From: Gekko japonicus
Lineage: Eukaryota
DNA length: 64,000 bases
Direction: 5' to 3'
NCBI RefSeq assembly: GCF_001447785.1
Contig: NW_015170911.1
Coordinates: 712,138-776,137, forward strand
Part shown: piece by piece, positions 25,659-38,440 of the stretch
How the letters are laid out: each line of letters starts with the position of its first letter
How positions within the stretch are numbered: position 1 is the stretch's first letter
Translations under genes and position numbers: made by a program
The notes under the pieces: model-generated
What the model was told of the DNA's origin: nothing
Seen by the model: only the letters and a program-made list of their open reading frames with translations
Database searches by the model: none

Positions 25659-27660
25659 TGGAGCTTACCTGAAGGTTTCTTCTCTCCAGTGGGGCAAAGT
25701 CATCTAAGCTGGCTAGGTCATGCCTTCTCTCGCTCCAGGTAGGGCTATGCAAGTTTGTGTAGACTGTACTGGCTCAGAGCAAGGCCCAACTCCATAACAG
25801 ATTTTGCATCTGACTCTATTTTTCTTTTTTGCAGTGGGGTGTGGATAGCTTAGCTCCACTGAAGAGAAGAAACCTTCAGGTAAGCTCCAATTTTCTGGTC
25901 TCCTTCAGCAGGGGAAGTCATCCAAACTGGCTATCTGCCTAAGCTACAACCTGGGTGGGAGCCTCATTTTTATTCTGTTCTGCCACTATATGTTGCACAC
26001 CCTTCTACAAGATGAAGCTTCCACAGATTTTAACTAGTCCAACCTTTAGTGTCTTACCCAGGTATAAAAGGTGGACAAGGTTGCAGCCCCAGTGGAAAAG
26101 GTACAAATGTCGCTGCAGATCTGGTGGAGTGGGCCATAACATCCTTTGGAAGTCTCAGGTCTTGCACTTCATATGCTTTTTGGATACATGGCTTGATCTG
26201 TAAGGCGATGGCGGATTTTGAGACCTTTTTACCTAGAGACTGTGAACTGTGAGACACAGAGAGAAAATCCTTTAGCCTAATCTGCGCTGTCCTATTTAAG
26301 CAAATGTGCAGAGCCCTGCACATGTCTAATTTGTGTCAAACTCTCTCTTTGAGATGAGATGGCATAGAACAAAAGAACAGTGGTACCAATTCTTGGTTAA
26401 CAAGATAAGGGGAAAATACCTTTGGCACAAAGGAAGGGTCCATTCTGAGTACCACCGAGACCTTGTGAAATGTACACCATTCCTTCCTGGCCAATAAAGC
26501 CCTTAAATTCAGAAATCCTTCTTGCAGAAGTTATCTCTACAAGAAAAAGGACATCTTCCGAGAAGGAAACTTTAGATGCTGATATTCTGAAAGGTTCAAA
26601 TGGCGGTTTGCTCAAGGCCTGTAACACTTTAGAAAGGTTCCCAGCAGGAAACCTGTGCCTACTGGGAAGTGCCAACTGCATGGTTCCTTTGAGGAAACGC
26701 CTAATGTACCTATGAGAAGAAAAAATTATGCAATCTTTTGCAGTCCAACAGAGCAGCCATCACTGCAGTCTGATTTTTAAGGTACCCAATCTTAGAACCT
26801 GATTCCAAACTTCATCTGGAAATGGAACAATGTCTTTGTAAGTCGGTTTCAGTGGATCCCGCTTTTTAGTACTGGCCCACTTTTGAACATCAGTCATGTA
26901 TGATTATAGAGACGACTGGAAACAGGTTTTCTGGATGTAAACTACATACTGTAAACTACGTAAGTGGGAAGGCTCGATTCTTCTAAATCCACCCATTCAA
27001 TCTCTAAACTGTCAGCTGGAGTCAAATAGGGTCTGGGTGGCAAATGGATTCTTGTACAAGGAGAACCCATCTGCTTGGCAATCTCCATGGTGGAGATACT
27101 GACATCTTCACTAGTTCTGAGGCCCAAAAGGCTCCTGTGCCAGAACGGACTTATGAAAATCACCTCCGCTTCCTCTTTTGACACCTTGTTCATGCCTCTG
27201 CTGATCAGCGTGGAGGGAAGGCATACAGCAAACCACTGGATCAATGGCAAGTGCGTATGTCGTTGCCCTCTGCCCTTCGATCGTAGATACTGGTTAGAAA
27301 CTTGGCGACTTGTTCAGTGTTGTAAAAAGATCCAAGATGGGGATCCTGAAACAAAGTGTGATCTTTTGGTTTATTCTCCATTCTCTGGAATCTAAATCCT
27401 TCCTGCTCAACCAGTTGGCTAGGAGGTCTGTAAACCTTATAGGTGTTCCACTTTCAGACCTACCAAAAATTTCCTCCACCCAATCAAACAGGATTTTGGA
27501 CTCCCGGAGAAGCATCATTGATCTGGTGCCCCCTTGCTGATTAATGTGTGCTTTGGCCATAGTACTGACCATATGCACTAGCACAAACTTGGTCCTCAAT
27601 AGGTCCTGGAAGGCAATCAGTGCTAGCCTGATTGCCCCAAGTTCCAGCCAGCTCAGGTTG
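25659..27660 (-). mobile_element. DIRS1-like tyrosine-recombinase retrotransposon, 3' part, degenerate
   Basis: RNase H (AKAHINQQGGTRS), methyltransferase-like (AEVIFISPFW) and YR (VLQALSKPPFEP, ITSARRISE, CIQKAY..AHSTRSAAT) fragments occur in DIRS order. Inverted repeat 25659-25692 / 25856-25889 fits the ICR/ITR structure. Confidence 0.85.
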
Positions 27661-28822
27661 GCAAGAATTGAGCAAGGCTATTAACAACAGAATGTTCTGG
27701 AGGTCATTAACACATAGTCACCATAAATCAGAAGGGACTTGACTGAGCATAACACACAAAGGATTTATGTAGTCCTGTCCTACTATTGTGAATTCCATGG
27801 TATAGACTTCTGAGTAAACAAAGACCTAGACCCATGTACCAATGCAGTTTGAAGAGCTTTATAATATTCCATGACTCAAAACCAACTCTGTGACTGTATT
27901 AACTTAAACTATACCCACAAATCTTTACTTATAAAACTATCCATTAAGTTCACAGCTCAACAAAGATTTGAATCAAGATGTAATATTCCCAAATCCAACA
28001 GTCACTAGGGAAAAAGAAAACCAGAAAAGCTTCTCTACATTTTTGCTTCCAAATACAAAATGGTATATGTAATTTATACAGATTATTTTGTGAAGACCAC
28101 CTAAAAGTTTAAGAATATATTCAGTTACAGAGAAAGTGACATTAAGATTGAGACACTTTAGATTTCCTTTTAGATAAGAGCCTGTAATTCCTTTTAAAAA
28201 TTAAAACTACAAGAAAAGAAAATGTGAGAAAAGAGTATCTACAAGGAGGAAATGATAAAAAACAGGATTAAAGGCTGGTAATATTCAGTAGCTTAAAAGT
28301 TTGTATTCAGAGTCAACCTTCAAAGTGACTGATATGTCCTGGACCTGCTTTTGGTCTTTATGTTCCTTTCTGTGTTATGAACAAGCCATTATAACTTCAG
28401 CTCTCATAGACATCTCCCCTTCCCTCCCACTCCCTATCAAAGTCAGCTTCAAAGAGACTTTTAAGAATACAGCTGCAATTTAAGAACTTCAAAGCAATGT
28501 TTTTAAGCACAACTCCTTTGCTTGCAGATACCGAGCAGACCATTCATTAAAAACAGTGGCAAACCATGGGAGCAAAGGGGCACAGAGAATAAAAATAAGA
28601 TACAGGAGAAACACTGGCTAGTCTCAAAGGAAGCTATTCTCTTAGGAAGGGTGGTGCCTTTTCATTTTTTTGGAAACAATACAAAATACATGAAGGGAAA
28701 CTAACTGGGGTTCCCCGTTAGGGAACAGGATCTGCAGTCAGGCTTTTCAAGATACAAACTGGCCTGCCTAGGATGAAGCAGCATTTACTAGGGTCACAGC
28801 TTCTGGGAGGGAAGGCAGCAAG

Positions 28823-28985
28823 GTATAATCTCATCAGATCTTGGAAGCTAAGCAGTGTCGGTAATGGGACACCATCAAGGAAGCCTCTGCAGAGGAAGGC
28901 AACAACACACCACCTCTGCTTCTCATTTGCCTTGAAAGCCTCTTATTGGGGTCACCATAAATTGGCTGCAACTTGACGGCACTTT
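28823..28985 (+). mobile_element. 5S rRNA-derived SINE
   Basis: ATCTCATCAGATCTTGGAAGCTAAGCAG (5S-like) followed by the shared body ...GCCTTGAAAGCC...GGGGTCACCATAA...ACTTGACGGCAC. Confidence 0.65.
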
Positions 28986-30289
28986 ACACACATATATCAC
29001 AACTTCCTCTCTAATTCATTTATTGCAATACTCTCTACATGCCTTTGAAGACTGTTTCAAAAGTTTCAGCTGGTTCAAATGCTGTAACAAGCCTGTTGAC
29101 AGGACACACGGTTAATCTGTGGAACTCACTGTCATGGGATACAGGGATGTCCACTAATGGCTTTTTAAAAGATTAGTCTAATTTGCTGAGAATAGGACCA
29201 TCAATGGTGGTTACATATAATGCCTAAACGGCACCTCCATTATCAGAGACAGAGTACCTCTGAAAAACAGCTGTGGGGGTTTTGGCTCTACATCCTTCTT
29301 GTAGGCCTTCTGAGAGATCTGATAGTTAAGCATCCTATTACCACAGCAGTCTAAGGAAGTCACTGTATTAATCCCTTAAACTGGAACACCACGATGCATT
29401 TGAGGCTAAAGGGTAGGAATGAATTTCCTTCCCTCCCAGCTCTGAAGCTACAGCAGAACTTCTGTGGTGGAAATGGTAGACTGTGCCTTGACTTAGTGGT
29501 AGGACTTTTCCAGTCATCATCCCAGTCTTCTGGCTAGGAGGGTACCCCAGCAGTTGCTTTTCAAAAAGTTGTGTTTCTGAAATCTGTTCCAGAGGACCTT
29601 CTATTGTTGTTTGAGAGAGACAAGAAGTGTGTGTGTGCTGTTCATCCTCAGCGTTGCCTGATGATGATTATTATCTTTTAGTCCATCTTTCTGTTTGGCA
29701 AGCAGTTACTGGACAGTCTTTTCATCTGTTTTATTGCATGTGTGTGGTAAACTGCCTTGGGGAGGAGATAGGCTATATAAGCATATTAGTTCATTTAAAA
29801 TATTGTGCCTATATACTGCTAGTAGAGGTCTTTGTCAGGCAAAAGAGCAAACCAACTCCTCAATTTTAGAATTTAGGGAAATGGCAGACAGACAGACACA
29901 TACACTGTGGTTTTGAACAAGAGTCACAAACAACACAGTCCATGAGCAGTGGTAGCTAGTTGAAAGCAGATAACTTTAATAGTAATTCTAATAATGTAAT
30001 TTGAGAAAGGGGGTATTTTAAATAATCTGATATATATAAAAGCCCTAATGTGTTGGCACTTTCCAGCTCTCCCACTGGCTGTGCTGTGCATTCCTTCAGT
30101 CATTGGCCCATCAACCGCCACTCAAGAGTACTCATGTGCCACTGGCTGGGTGCTCAGTCCACTCCTCTCTCCCACCCACTGGCAGCCTGGCCACTGTTCC
30201 CTGATAGAACAAACTGCCAAAACGGCTGTCTCACCTGACGAAGACACTTCTCCTGTTTGGCTCCTGTGGGACTAACTTTTCCCTCAGTG

Positions 30290-30637
30290 GCTGTTGCTAG
30301 GCAACCAAGCTTGGTTCTGTCAGTAAAAAGGCAAAGGCAGAAAGCCCTTTCCCAGCCTACCAGCTCCAGGCTGGGAAATTCTTGGAGATTTTGTGGTGGA
30401 GTCTACGGAAGCCAGAGTTTGGGGAGGGGAGAGGCCTCAGCTGAATAGACTGCCATAGAGTCCACCATCCAAAGCAGTTATTTTCTCCTGGGAACCATTG
30501 CTGCCAATCTCCAGGTGAGGGCTGAAGATCACTCAGAATTACAACTGCTCTCCAGATGGCAGAGATCAGTTCCCCTGAAGAAAATGGTGGACATGGCGGA
30601 CTCTGTGTCATTATACTCTGCTGAGGTGGCCACCCTA
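30290..30637. mobile_element. hAT-type MITE relic(s) (TAGGGTTGCC family)
   Basis: Internal AGAGATCAGTTCCCCTG..GAAAATGG motifs and a TGGCCACCCTA end. A related copy lies at ~40020-40212. Confidence 0.5.
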
Positions 30638-32434
30638 TGACAGCAAGTGTGACGTAGCAGTGTTTCAGAGCAGGATCTGCCAGACTCTTGCTGTGGAAGC
30701 TGATTTCAGACCACTCAAAGACTTTCAGCCTAACCTACCTCACAGGGTTGTTGTGCAAATCAAAAGGGAGAGAGGAGAATTGTGTGAGCTACTGTGGTCT
30801 CCACTGTGGAGAAAGACTTTTCCCTCACAGAGCACCTTACCACAAAGCTTACACACACCAGTTAGGAATAACCTGCCCCTAACAGGATTTTTATTTGTCA
30901 CATAAAAATAAACTTTCTTCCCTAAACTGACCCCAAACACTCACTATAAGCCTGGCTAAACTGATGCTCCTATGGGGGGGGGATTCCTTCACCCCATTTA
31001 AGCTGAGGACTGCTCACCCCCTCCCATTCAGTGGAGGTCCATGAGTTCTGACTGGCTGACCATCACCTGGATTTGCAGGAGGCCAAAATCACAAGGATTG
31101 GTTCAGAGACCTGGAGGAGAGATGGGAATGTAAGGATGACTGCAACAGCATCCACCAGTGACTGTTTTAACAACTGTCTAATGCAAAAGTCAAACTGAAA
31201 TCCTCTTTATGGCCCTCCATAACCACACCAGGAACATCTTGGTTCAGGCTTCTCTTAAAAGGTTTGATTCTAAGTGCAAAAGCATGTGTACCCCTGAACA
31301 ACCACCTAGCTAGCCTCCTCAAAATTCAGAGCTTAACAAACCAAGTACTGAAATTCTCTCTCTTTTCTTTACAATAACTACTCCACCAATTAAAATGTAA
31401 GTTCAACCTCCACAGCTATAAACCAAGAGACCTCCTTTTTCACTCTTTTGGTGCAAAGTTCAAAACTTCTGTACCAAGCAGAAAGATTTTCTTTCAATAA
31501 ATACCATACAAGAAAGGCTAAATGTTAATGCTCTGGGGAGAGCCGAAGGCAGTTATTTAGAGCCCTGGCACACTACACTGGTATGTCACTTTTATACATT
31601 GCCATGCATATTAAATTTCAGCTCAGCTACACCATGAACCTTTAGATTCATCTCTTAACTCCCAGAGTTCACAGACCCCACAACAAAAAGCTACAACACA
31701 TTTTTCCCCTTCAAAGAACTGTATGGAGTTTGACTAAATACTTTTGCTTCACCCAAAAGTGTGTATCCATTCCTTGTAATCTTATCTGAACAACGCCTTT
31801 TTGGAAGAAAGAGGAAACAAACTGTATAAAGTGTACATTGCTCAAAGTGTAAGAAAGGTTTCAGTTGGAAGTGACTGTCACTTGCATTATATCAATCTCC
31901 TGCATGCTATTTGAAGAAGTAATTTTCATTGAAGCAAAAAAAATTAAATGTTGCTTTTCTGGAAACAGAAATAATAGTTCTGCCCTATTTTACAAGCCTT
32001 TAAATGAGTTTTAAGGAATTATTTTCTAGCAGCATCGATTCCTACTACTGTGCCTGATGAACAAGCTTGTAGTAGTGCAGCGCTAAGGAAAACCAGAGAT
32101 AAACAGTAGCACACTGAGATTCCACATACTAATGATTGCATTCCTAGGCAGACTTTGAACCTAGATTCCAAAGCCGTTTACATCAGGGTCACAAACGTCA
32201 TACATGGACGCTCCTGGATCTGGGGACAAAGTGTTCTGTGGTAGCCTAGCACGCATACCTAACATTAGCTTGGAGAGTTAAAGCAATACCTATCTACAAA
32301 CTGCCACAACACCTTCTGCACATTTCTACACTTGATGGCACCGTATCAAGGGAATCTACAGCAAAAGGAGGGACTTCGCTCATGCTCTTCTCTGCATAAT
32401 GAAAAAACTCCAGCTCCCTACTGAGAGGTGTACG

Positions 32435-32481
32435 ACAGACAGACAGACAGACAGACAGACTGACAGACGGACGGACGGACA
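32435..32481. repeat. (AGAC)n/(GGAC)n microsatellite
   Basis: Read directly from the sequence. Confidence 0.9.
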
Positions 32482-34116
32482 TGGATGAGAGGTGTACTAC
32501 TACTAAGTCAAGCTAGGATCATTTTCTGTGACATTCTGTTATATTCAAAATATGTAGAAATGAAGTAATCGCTTTCAAAACAGTCAACAGAAAATATTGG
32601 AAAGGGGCCAGTTGATTGGTATTGAACTTGCAATATGAGAGCCACTAATCTCTCCTTATATATAAAAGACTTTTTGTGTTCCTCTTGCCTCAATGTTCCA
32701 CACGCCCCCACAGACTGTCGCTTTCTCAACTGCCAGTCAGAAAGGGGTCCCTGGCCACTGGCTGCGTTGCCTTTGTCCCGCCCTTCATCCCGACCAGCCT
32801 CTCGGCCGCAGTGTGCTAAAAGCCGACGCTCTGGCGGGTGGACGGTCCGGAGACCGAGCCCCATAATGGCGATGCCGCGGCAGTGCTGTGCCCTTGCTCA
32901 CCAGAGAATGACTCCCTCACTCGCCGCCGCTCCACCAGCACGTCAGCCACTTGCTGGGAGGAGGCCAGCCGCAGTGGCCAGGAGCCGCTACCTGCGTCGC
33001 ACCCTTGCTCGGCCTGCGAGCCCTACTAGGGATCCTGCTGCCACTGGTGGGAGACCACGCTGGCTTGCTCAGCCTACAGGCCCAACAAGGACTCCCTTGC
33101 TCACCCCCGCTGCACTACTGGGGAGCCGTGGTGGCAAAGAAGCGGAGGCAGCGGCTTGCTCGCACTCCGCGCACCCAGCAACGGATCAGGGCCCACCATG
33201 CCCGTGGTGACTGCCTCGCACCCTGGGCCCTGCCAGGACTCCTTCACCACCACTCCACCACCTGGTAGCTGTGTCCCTCGCAGCTGGGGAGCCGCAGAGC
33301 TCTCCTTCGCCAGGGTGTCCAGGGGGAGGCCCTCCAGCAGCCTCTCTAGGGTCCATTGCATCTCTTTCTGCAACTTTCTGCCTTGCGACTAGTATTATAT
33401 ACAACACAGACTTTACTATATAGTGGTATTAAAGTATTTGACACTGCAAGCAGACACAAAGGTTAAAGGCCCCTATGCTGAAATGTTATTCAGAATAAGT
33501 TATATGACTCATTATAACATATGAAAGCCCTCACACTAAGAGTTTTTTGAACAGACTGAAACCTTAAATACTTAATTAGCAAAAAGCATCATTGGATGCT
33601 TGGATAAACAATGAAGGACCTTCTCCTTCTCCTGCAGCCTCCCACATGCAATGATTCCTCCCCTACCATCCAGCAATTCTATCATTCCCTACTGCTTTAT
33701 TATAATCTGACACAGCTCTGTTTTTGCACATGCATCTAATGAATGCCACATAAAAAGAACACTTTTCCATGCATGTAAAGAAATAGATTTCTTGAACATG
33801 CCAAACTGTCTTAAACTGACTAGTGGTCTGTCGAGGTCGGCATGACATACTCAGACAGGCAGTGGCACTCCACAACCTCAGGCTGACGTCTTTCACATAA
33901 CCAACTACCTGATCCTGTTAACTGAAGGTGCCAGGAACCTGGGACCTTCTACACACAAAGAAGATACTCCACCACTGAGCTACATTTTGGGAACATCGAC
34001 ATGATATTGTCCCTGTTACCATCCATTTTCCATATCTTTGCCTGTTTTGCTGCAAACTACATCGGATTTGATATGCTGGAAAGATCACAGTCAATGTGCT
34101 TTAGTACACCACACAG

Positions 34117-34598
34117 ATAGGAAAATAGGCATTTCTGAATGTTCCACCCATGGTGCTGTCCTTGCTCACTTCCTCACACCAAAAGGCTTTCCCCCAAAGC
34201 AAGGGTGTTGTGCCGCAGCGGGGGACTCCCGCCTAGCGTTTGGAGCGCACGCACGCCGCACACATGTCACCCAGAAGTGACGCGACGACGCCGGGCACGC
34301 TGGGGTCGGGGCCACGACCATCTGAGGGCAAACCATAGAGTTTTCCCTCGCTGACCGTGGCCCCGCCCCCAGCGTGCCCGGCGTGGTCGCGTCACTTCTG
34401 GGTGACGCGCATGTCGGGGTGAGGCTCCCCCCGGGGCCCGATCCACCGGCGGCAGGGAACCGGCCTCTGGGGCGGGGGTTTCCCCGCCCCCCGGGGGGAC
34501 TTGGCAAGCCTAATAGGAAGGTAGGCATTTCTGAACGTTCCACCCATGGTGCTGTCCTTGCTCACTTCCTCACACCAAAAGGCTTTCCCCCAAAGCAA
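34117..34598. repeat. 86-bp direct duplication (34117-34202 / 34513-34598) enclosing a one-ended GC-rich hAT-type MITE (34203-34512)
   Basis: The repeat ATAGGAA..TAGGCATTTCTGAA.GTTCCACCC...CCCCCAAAGCAA has 3 mismatches. The insert ends GGACTTGGCAAGCCTA (TAGG.TTGCCAA-type terminus) and contains a long internal hairpin (~34266-34316 / 34357-34408). Confidence 0.85.
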
Positions 34599-36371
34599 AG
34601 CGAATGCTTCTTACAAGTAGGGGGGGAAAGAGCAATGAATGATGCCTTCCACTTTATGTAAATAACTAAAATGGAAACATAATCTTGGTTTACGACTGCA
34701 GGGAGGGAGATTTCATGGGAACTGCCTGGAGTTAGTTAGCATATGGATGGATCACTGCAATAAAACTATGTGGAGCATATTACTTTAGCACAAGAGCACA
34801 AATGTACAGTACAAGATGAAGTGCTGAAAAATACAGAGAAGGTTTAAACTCCTTCTAGGCTACCAAACAAGCAAAAAGACATGTCTCTTGATAACTTTGC
34901 ATGGATAAGCAGCTAAACATTTGCTAGTTTGCTCAATTGTACAGCAGCATGATAGCTACAAGTCTATGCAAGACCAACCTATTCAGTGCTGAAAATGGCT
35001 ATAAAAGGTCTTCATGGTACTTAAGGAAAGAGGCAACATATGTTAAATAAACGTTTACTGACAAAAAACAGTTAAGAAGTTGTGGTACCCAAGCATTTGT
35101 TGCCTGGCTATTTGCATATACCTATGGGGACAAGGAAAACACTCTACACATATTATATCTGTTTCTGTTTTCAGGTTCCTACTGTGTAATTTTTGCTTTC
35201 ATTTAACATTTCATGTTTTAATACTTATGATGTGCTTCAGCTCTGATTGGTTTCTAGATTTCTACAAGCCAAACCTATTGCGTTGACTTGTTGGATACAC
35301 CATTCTGTTTACTGTACTGATTTATTCTGTGTAATCTGCCTTGAGTCCCCATGAAAAAGGCAGCCTACGAATGTAAAAAATAAAGACAAACTTTTACCAA
35401 AAAATATCACAGCCTTGCATACAAAGAGATTAATATCCCAGTACCTTTGTACTCTGAACAAATTCCACAGGCTTCTGCACATATACTTCACATATTATAT
35501 TCCTACTGAAGTCAGTTACGGTGTTCACTTTTCAACTGGCTGTACGAGGTTAAAATATCCAGAGACATAATAAAAGCCACACATGACCCAGCATGTGGAG
35601 AAGAAATAATATCCATGATGGAATCTACAGAGTCCTCTCAGCTGTTCTTTAATTATTACTTACACCTTTTGGCACAGAGGAATGTATTTGATTTAGGAAG
35701 ACCGAAAGCAACCAAAGTTAGGAAGGAATGCTAACGCGTTCCCTGTACGGGAGGTTAAAACTTCTCTCTCTCTTTCTCTAGTACATACAACATATGGAGT
35801 ATTAAACAACCCACTGCCATTGTGTGACAACCAGCAGCAAAAAGGTTACCCTGGAAGCCATATCCGAGGCAAGGGAATGTGGCTGGAACAGCCATGAGGG
35901 GAGCAGAGTTCTGTTTCTCTAATAGCAAGTCAGACCCGAGGACACAAAGAAGGACACTCAAATACCCATTTCTTATATATATATTGTTCTCTCTTTGCTT
36001 CTTCCCATGCTATAGCCATGGGAAAATGAAAGCAGTTAACAGACGGAAGCTTAACCCTGTTTGTTTTTCTGACAAGGTCAATTCAGCCACAATAAATTAT
36101 TTTTAGTGTGGGTTTTCTGTGCATCTGCTCCTTCTGCCAGACTGCGGAAAGCTGACTTTATCAGATCGACAGCTGCCATTATAGTGAACTCAAAATTAAA
36201 GATAATATTTCCTTCTCTCTTTGGGAGGATAGGCAGACTAATTTTAAAATTCAAATTAAGAATATGTAAACACGTTTTGAAACATCTCTTTTCATCTGAT
36301 ATGTTACATAGAACTGCCATTTTTAAACTATGAACTTAATATGAATTCAGGGGTGGAATTGGGGGGGTAGT

Positions 36372-36590
36372 ATATATATGCAGAGTACATCATGCGAAAT
36401 GCTGGCCTGGATGAATCACAAGCGGGAATTAAGATTGCTGGGAAAAAGATAAACAACCTCAGATATGAAGACGATACCACTCTAATGGTAGAAAGTGAAG
36501 AGGACCTAAAGAGCCTCTTACTCAGGGTAAAAGAGGAGAGCGCAAAAGTGGCCTTGAAGCTCAACATCAAAAAAGCTAAGATGGCAGGGT
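36372..36590 (+). mobile_element. BovB/RTE LINE reverse transcriptase fragment
   Basis: YAEYIMRNAGLDESQAGIKIAGKKINNLRYEDDTTLMVESEEDLKSLLLRVKEESAKVALKLNIKKAKM is the BovB RT YADD region, here mutated to YEDD. Confidence 0.9.
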
Positions 36591-36867
36591 GGCACTAATG
36601 GCAGGGTGGCACTATTTTTTAAGCGTAGGAACAGAAAAACATTCCTACTTTTGTCAACACCGAATCAGAGCCTGTTTAATAAAAATATGGAAAGAAATTA
36701 AAACTAACTACTATGACAAAAAACCAAGATGGGTTGCCCCCCTGGAGGCTATCTCATTACCAACTTTGATGACGGAAACCCGAACTTTAAGTTACGAAGT
36801 CTTACTAAACAAGAATAATCAACTAAAATCACAGGAGGCCTTGCAAGCCCAACAGGTCAAACTAACA

Positions 36868-36999
36868 TGGTGGGAGCAACGAACATGAAATTGAGCCAAC
36901 TTCAGAGGACAGCGGAAGACAGGAAGGCCTGGCGTGATCTGGTCCATGGGGTCGCAAAGAGTCGGACTCGATTGTGCGACTGAAAAACAACAACAACAA
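36868..36999 (+). mobile_element. RTE/BovB-type LINE 3' end with (CAA)n tail
   Basis: GGAAGACAGGAAGGCCTGGCGTGATCTGGTCCATGGGGTCGCAAAGAGTCGGACTCGA...AACAACAACAAC. Confidence 0.85.
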
Positions 37000-37045
37000 A
37001 TCTCCTTTATAAGTATACAACAGCACGCTAAACACAAAATTCATT

Positions 37046-37334
37046 AAGAAGAAGAAGAGAAGAGATTGGATTTATACCCCGCCCTTCACTACTCAAAGGT
37101 GTCTCAGAGCGGCTTACAAACTCCTTTCCCTTCCCCTCCCCACAACAGACACCCTGTGAGGTGGGTGGGGCTGAGAGAACTCTGACACAAACTGCTCTTT
37201 CTCAAGGACAGCTGTGCCAGAGCTTGTGACTAACCCAAGGTCACATCAGCAGGTGCAAGTGGAGGAGTGGGGAATCAAACCCGGTTCTCCCAGATTAGAG
37301 TCCGCACACTTAACCACTACACCAAACTGGCTCT
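37046..37334 (-). mobile_element. Squam3-like tRNA-derived SINE, full length
   Basis: Head GAGAGCCAGTTTGGTGTAGTGGTTAAG (A box) and GGTTTGATTCC (B box), with a (TCT)n tail. Same family as 10310 and 41721. Confidence 0.85.
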
Positions 37335-37644
37335 CAAGAGCAACCCACTGTGAAAGTATAGCCTCCATTCCTGGGGATTATTCCAAAATTTCAATATGCA
37401 ACACAAATCCTAAATCCCATTTGGCAGACCACTTCTGTGCCTTGCTTTCTGGAGGTTATCCTTGCTTACCACAAGCAACCAGGGAAGTGGGTATGATCAT
37501 GCCTGTCTTGCACTATACAGAGCTGAGGGCCAAAAATATACACATCTGTGGCAGACCCATGTACCCCAATCATATCTCAAGTAGATAAGATCAGGGTGTA
37601 ATTTATGGAACTAAATATTGCCTTCTACTCACTATTTACCGTGA

Positions 37645-37830
37645 CCCAGATGTCTCAGGCTAGCCTGATCTCATCAGATCTTGGAAACTAAGCAGGTTAG
37701 TACTTGGATGGGAAACTGCCAAGGAAGTCCAGGGTTGCTAGACAGCAGCAGGTGATGGCAAACCACCTCTGAACATCTCTTGCCTTGAAAACCCTAGGAG
37801 GTCACCTTAAGTCAGCTGTGACTTGATTGC
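37645..37830 (+). mobile_element. 5S rRNA-derived SINE
   Basis: GCCTGATCTCATCAGATCTTGGAAACTAAGCAGGTTAGTACTTGGATGGGAAACTGCCAAGGAA matches 5S rRNA with a deletion, followed by the SINE body. Confidence 0.75.
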
Positions 37831-38199
37831 ACTATCCAGCCACCACTACCAAATGCACTATTCTTACTCCTGCAATCCATTTCCTACAGTCATCCTTTCA
37901 GTCAAATAGCATCCAATAACAAAGTCTGCCCTAATGGCAGAAAAGAATCGGGAAGGGGAGTTCTGGTAGAGGGAAAGACTGCAAGCAGATGAGTCAGCAT
38001 CCCCATCCATTCATTCCTCTAGAGCAGTGATCTTCAATGTCGCTTATGAGGAAGCGAAGGCGAAGTCATATACTGAATCTAGTAGCCAAACTTTGATTTC
38101 CAGAAGATTTATTCAAGGAGGCTTCACTTTTTTTTGCAGCGAAACAATTAATAAAACAAAGACTGTTGGATATAAGGTGGATGCTACGCCTTTGGGTAC

Positions 38200-38440
38200 C
38201 CTAGGTTCAGTTCTGCTCTATAGGCAGCCTGCACTCTTACCTTCAATTCTCCCATCTTATTTTACCGATTTAATAAAATCTGAGCAAAGGAAAGTGTTCA
38301 CCAAAGCACGGTTGGATATTTTACAGCTGGCAATGTTAAGAGGTCATTATAATGGGACTCCATATCACAACCTTGTGCGCCCATGACCAGAAATCTGTTG
38401 AAGATTTAGCCCGTGTGGTTTTCCAGTGCCCCAAATTTGT
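38200..38440 (+). mobile_element. Non-LTR retrotransposon ORF2 C-terminal (zinc-knuckle) remnant, clade uncertain (RTE-X-like)
   Basis: SYFTDL...RKVFTKARLDIL....RGHY..TPY...RP(C)...EDL.RVVFQCP pattern. Confidence 0.5.

Noticed and set aside
37660-37725. 5S rRNA-like sequences (also ~11260, 28830, 44785 and reverse copies)
   Set aside because: They are diverged and partly deleted, and each is followed by the same non-5S body. They are SINE heads, not rRNA genes.
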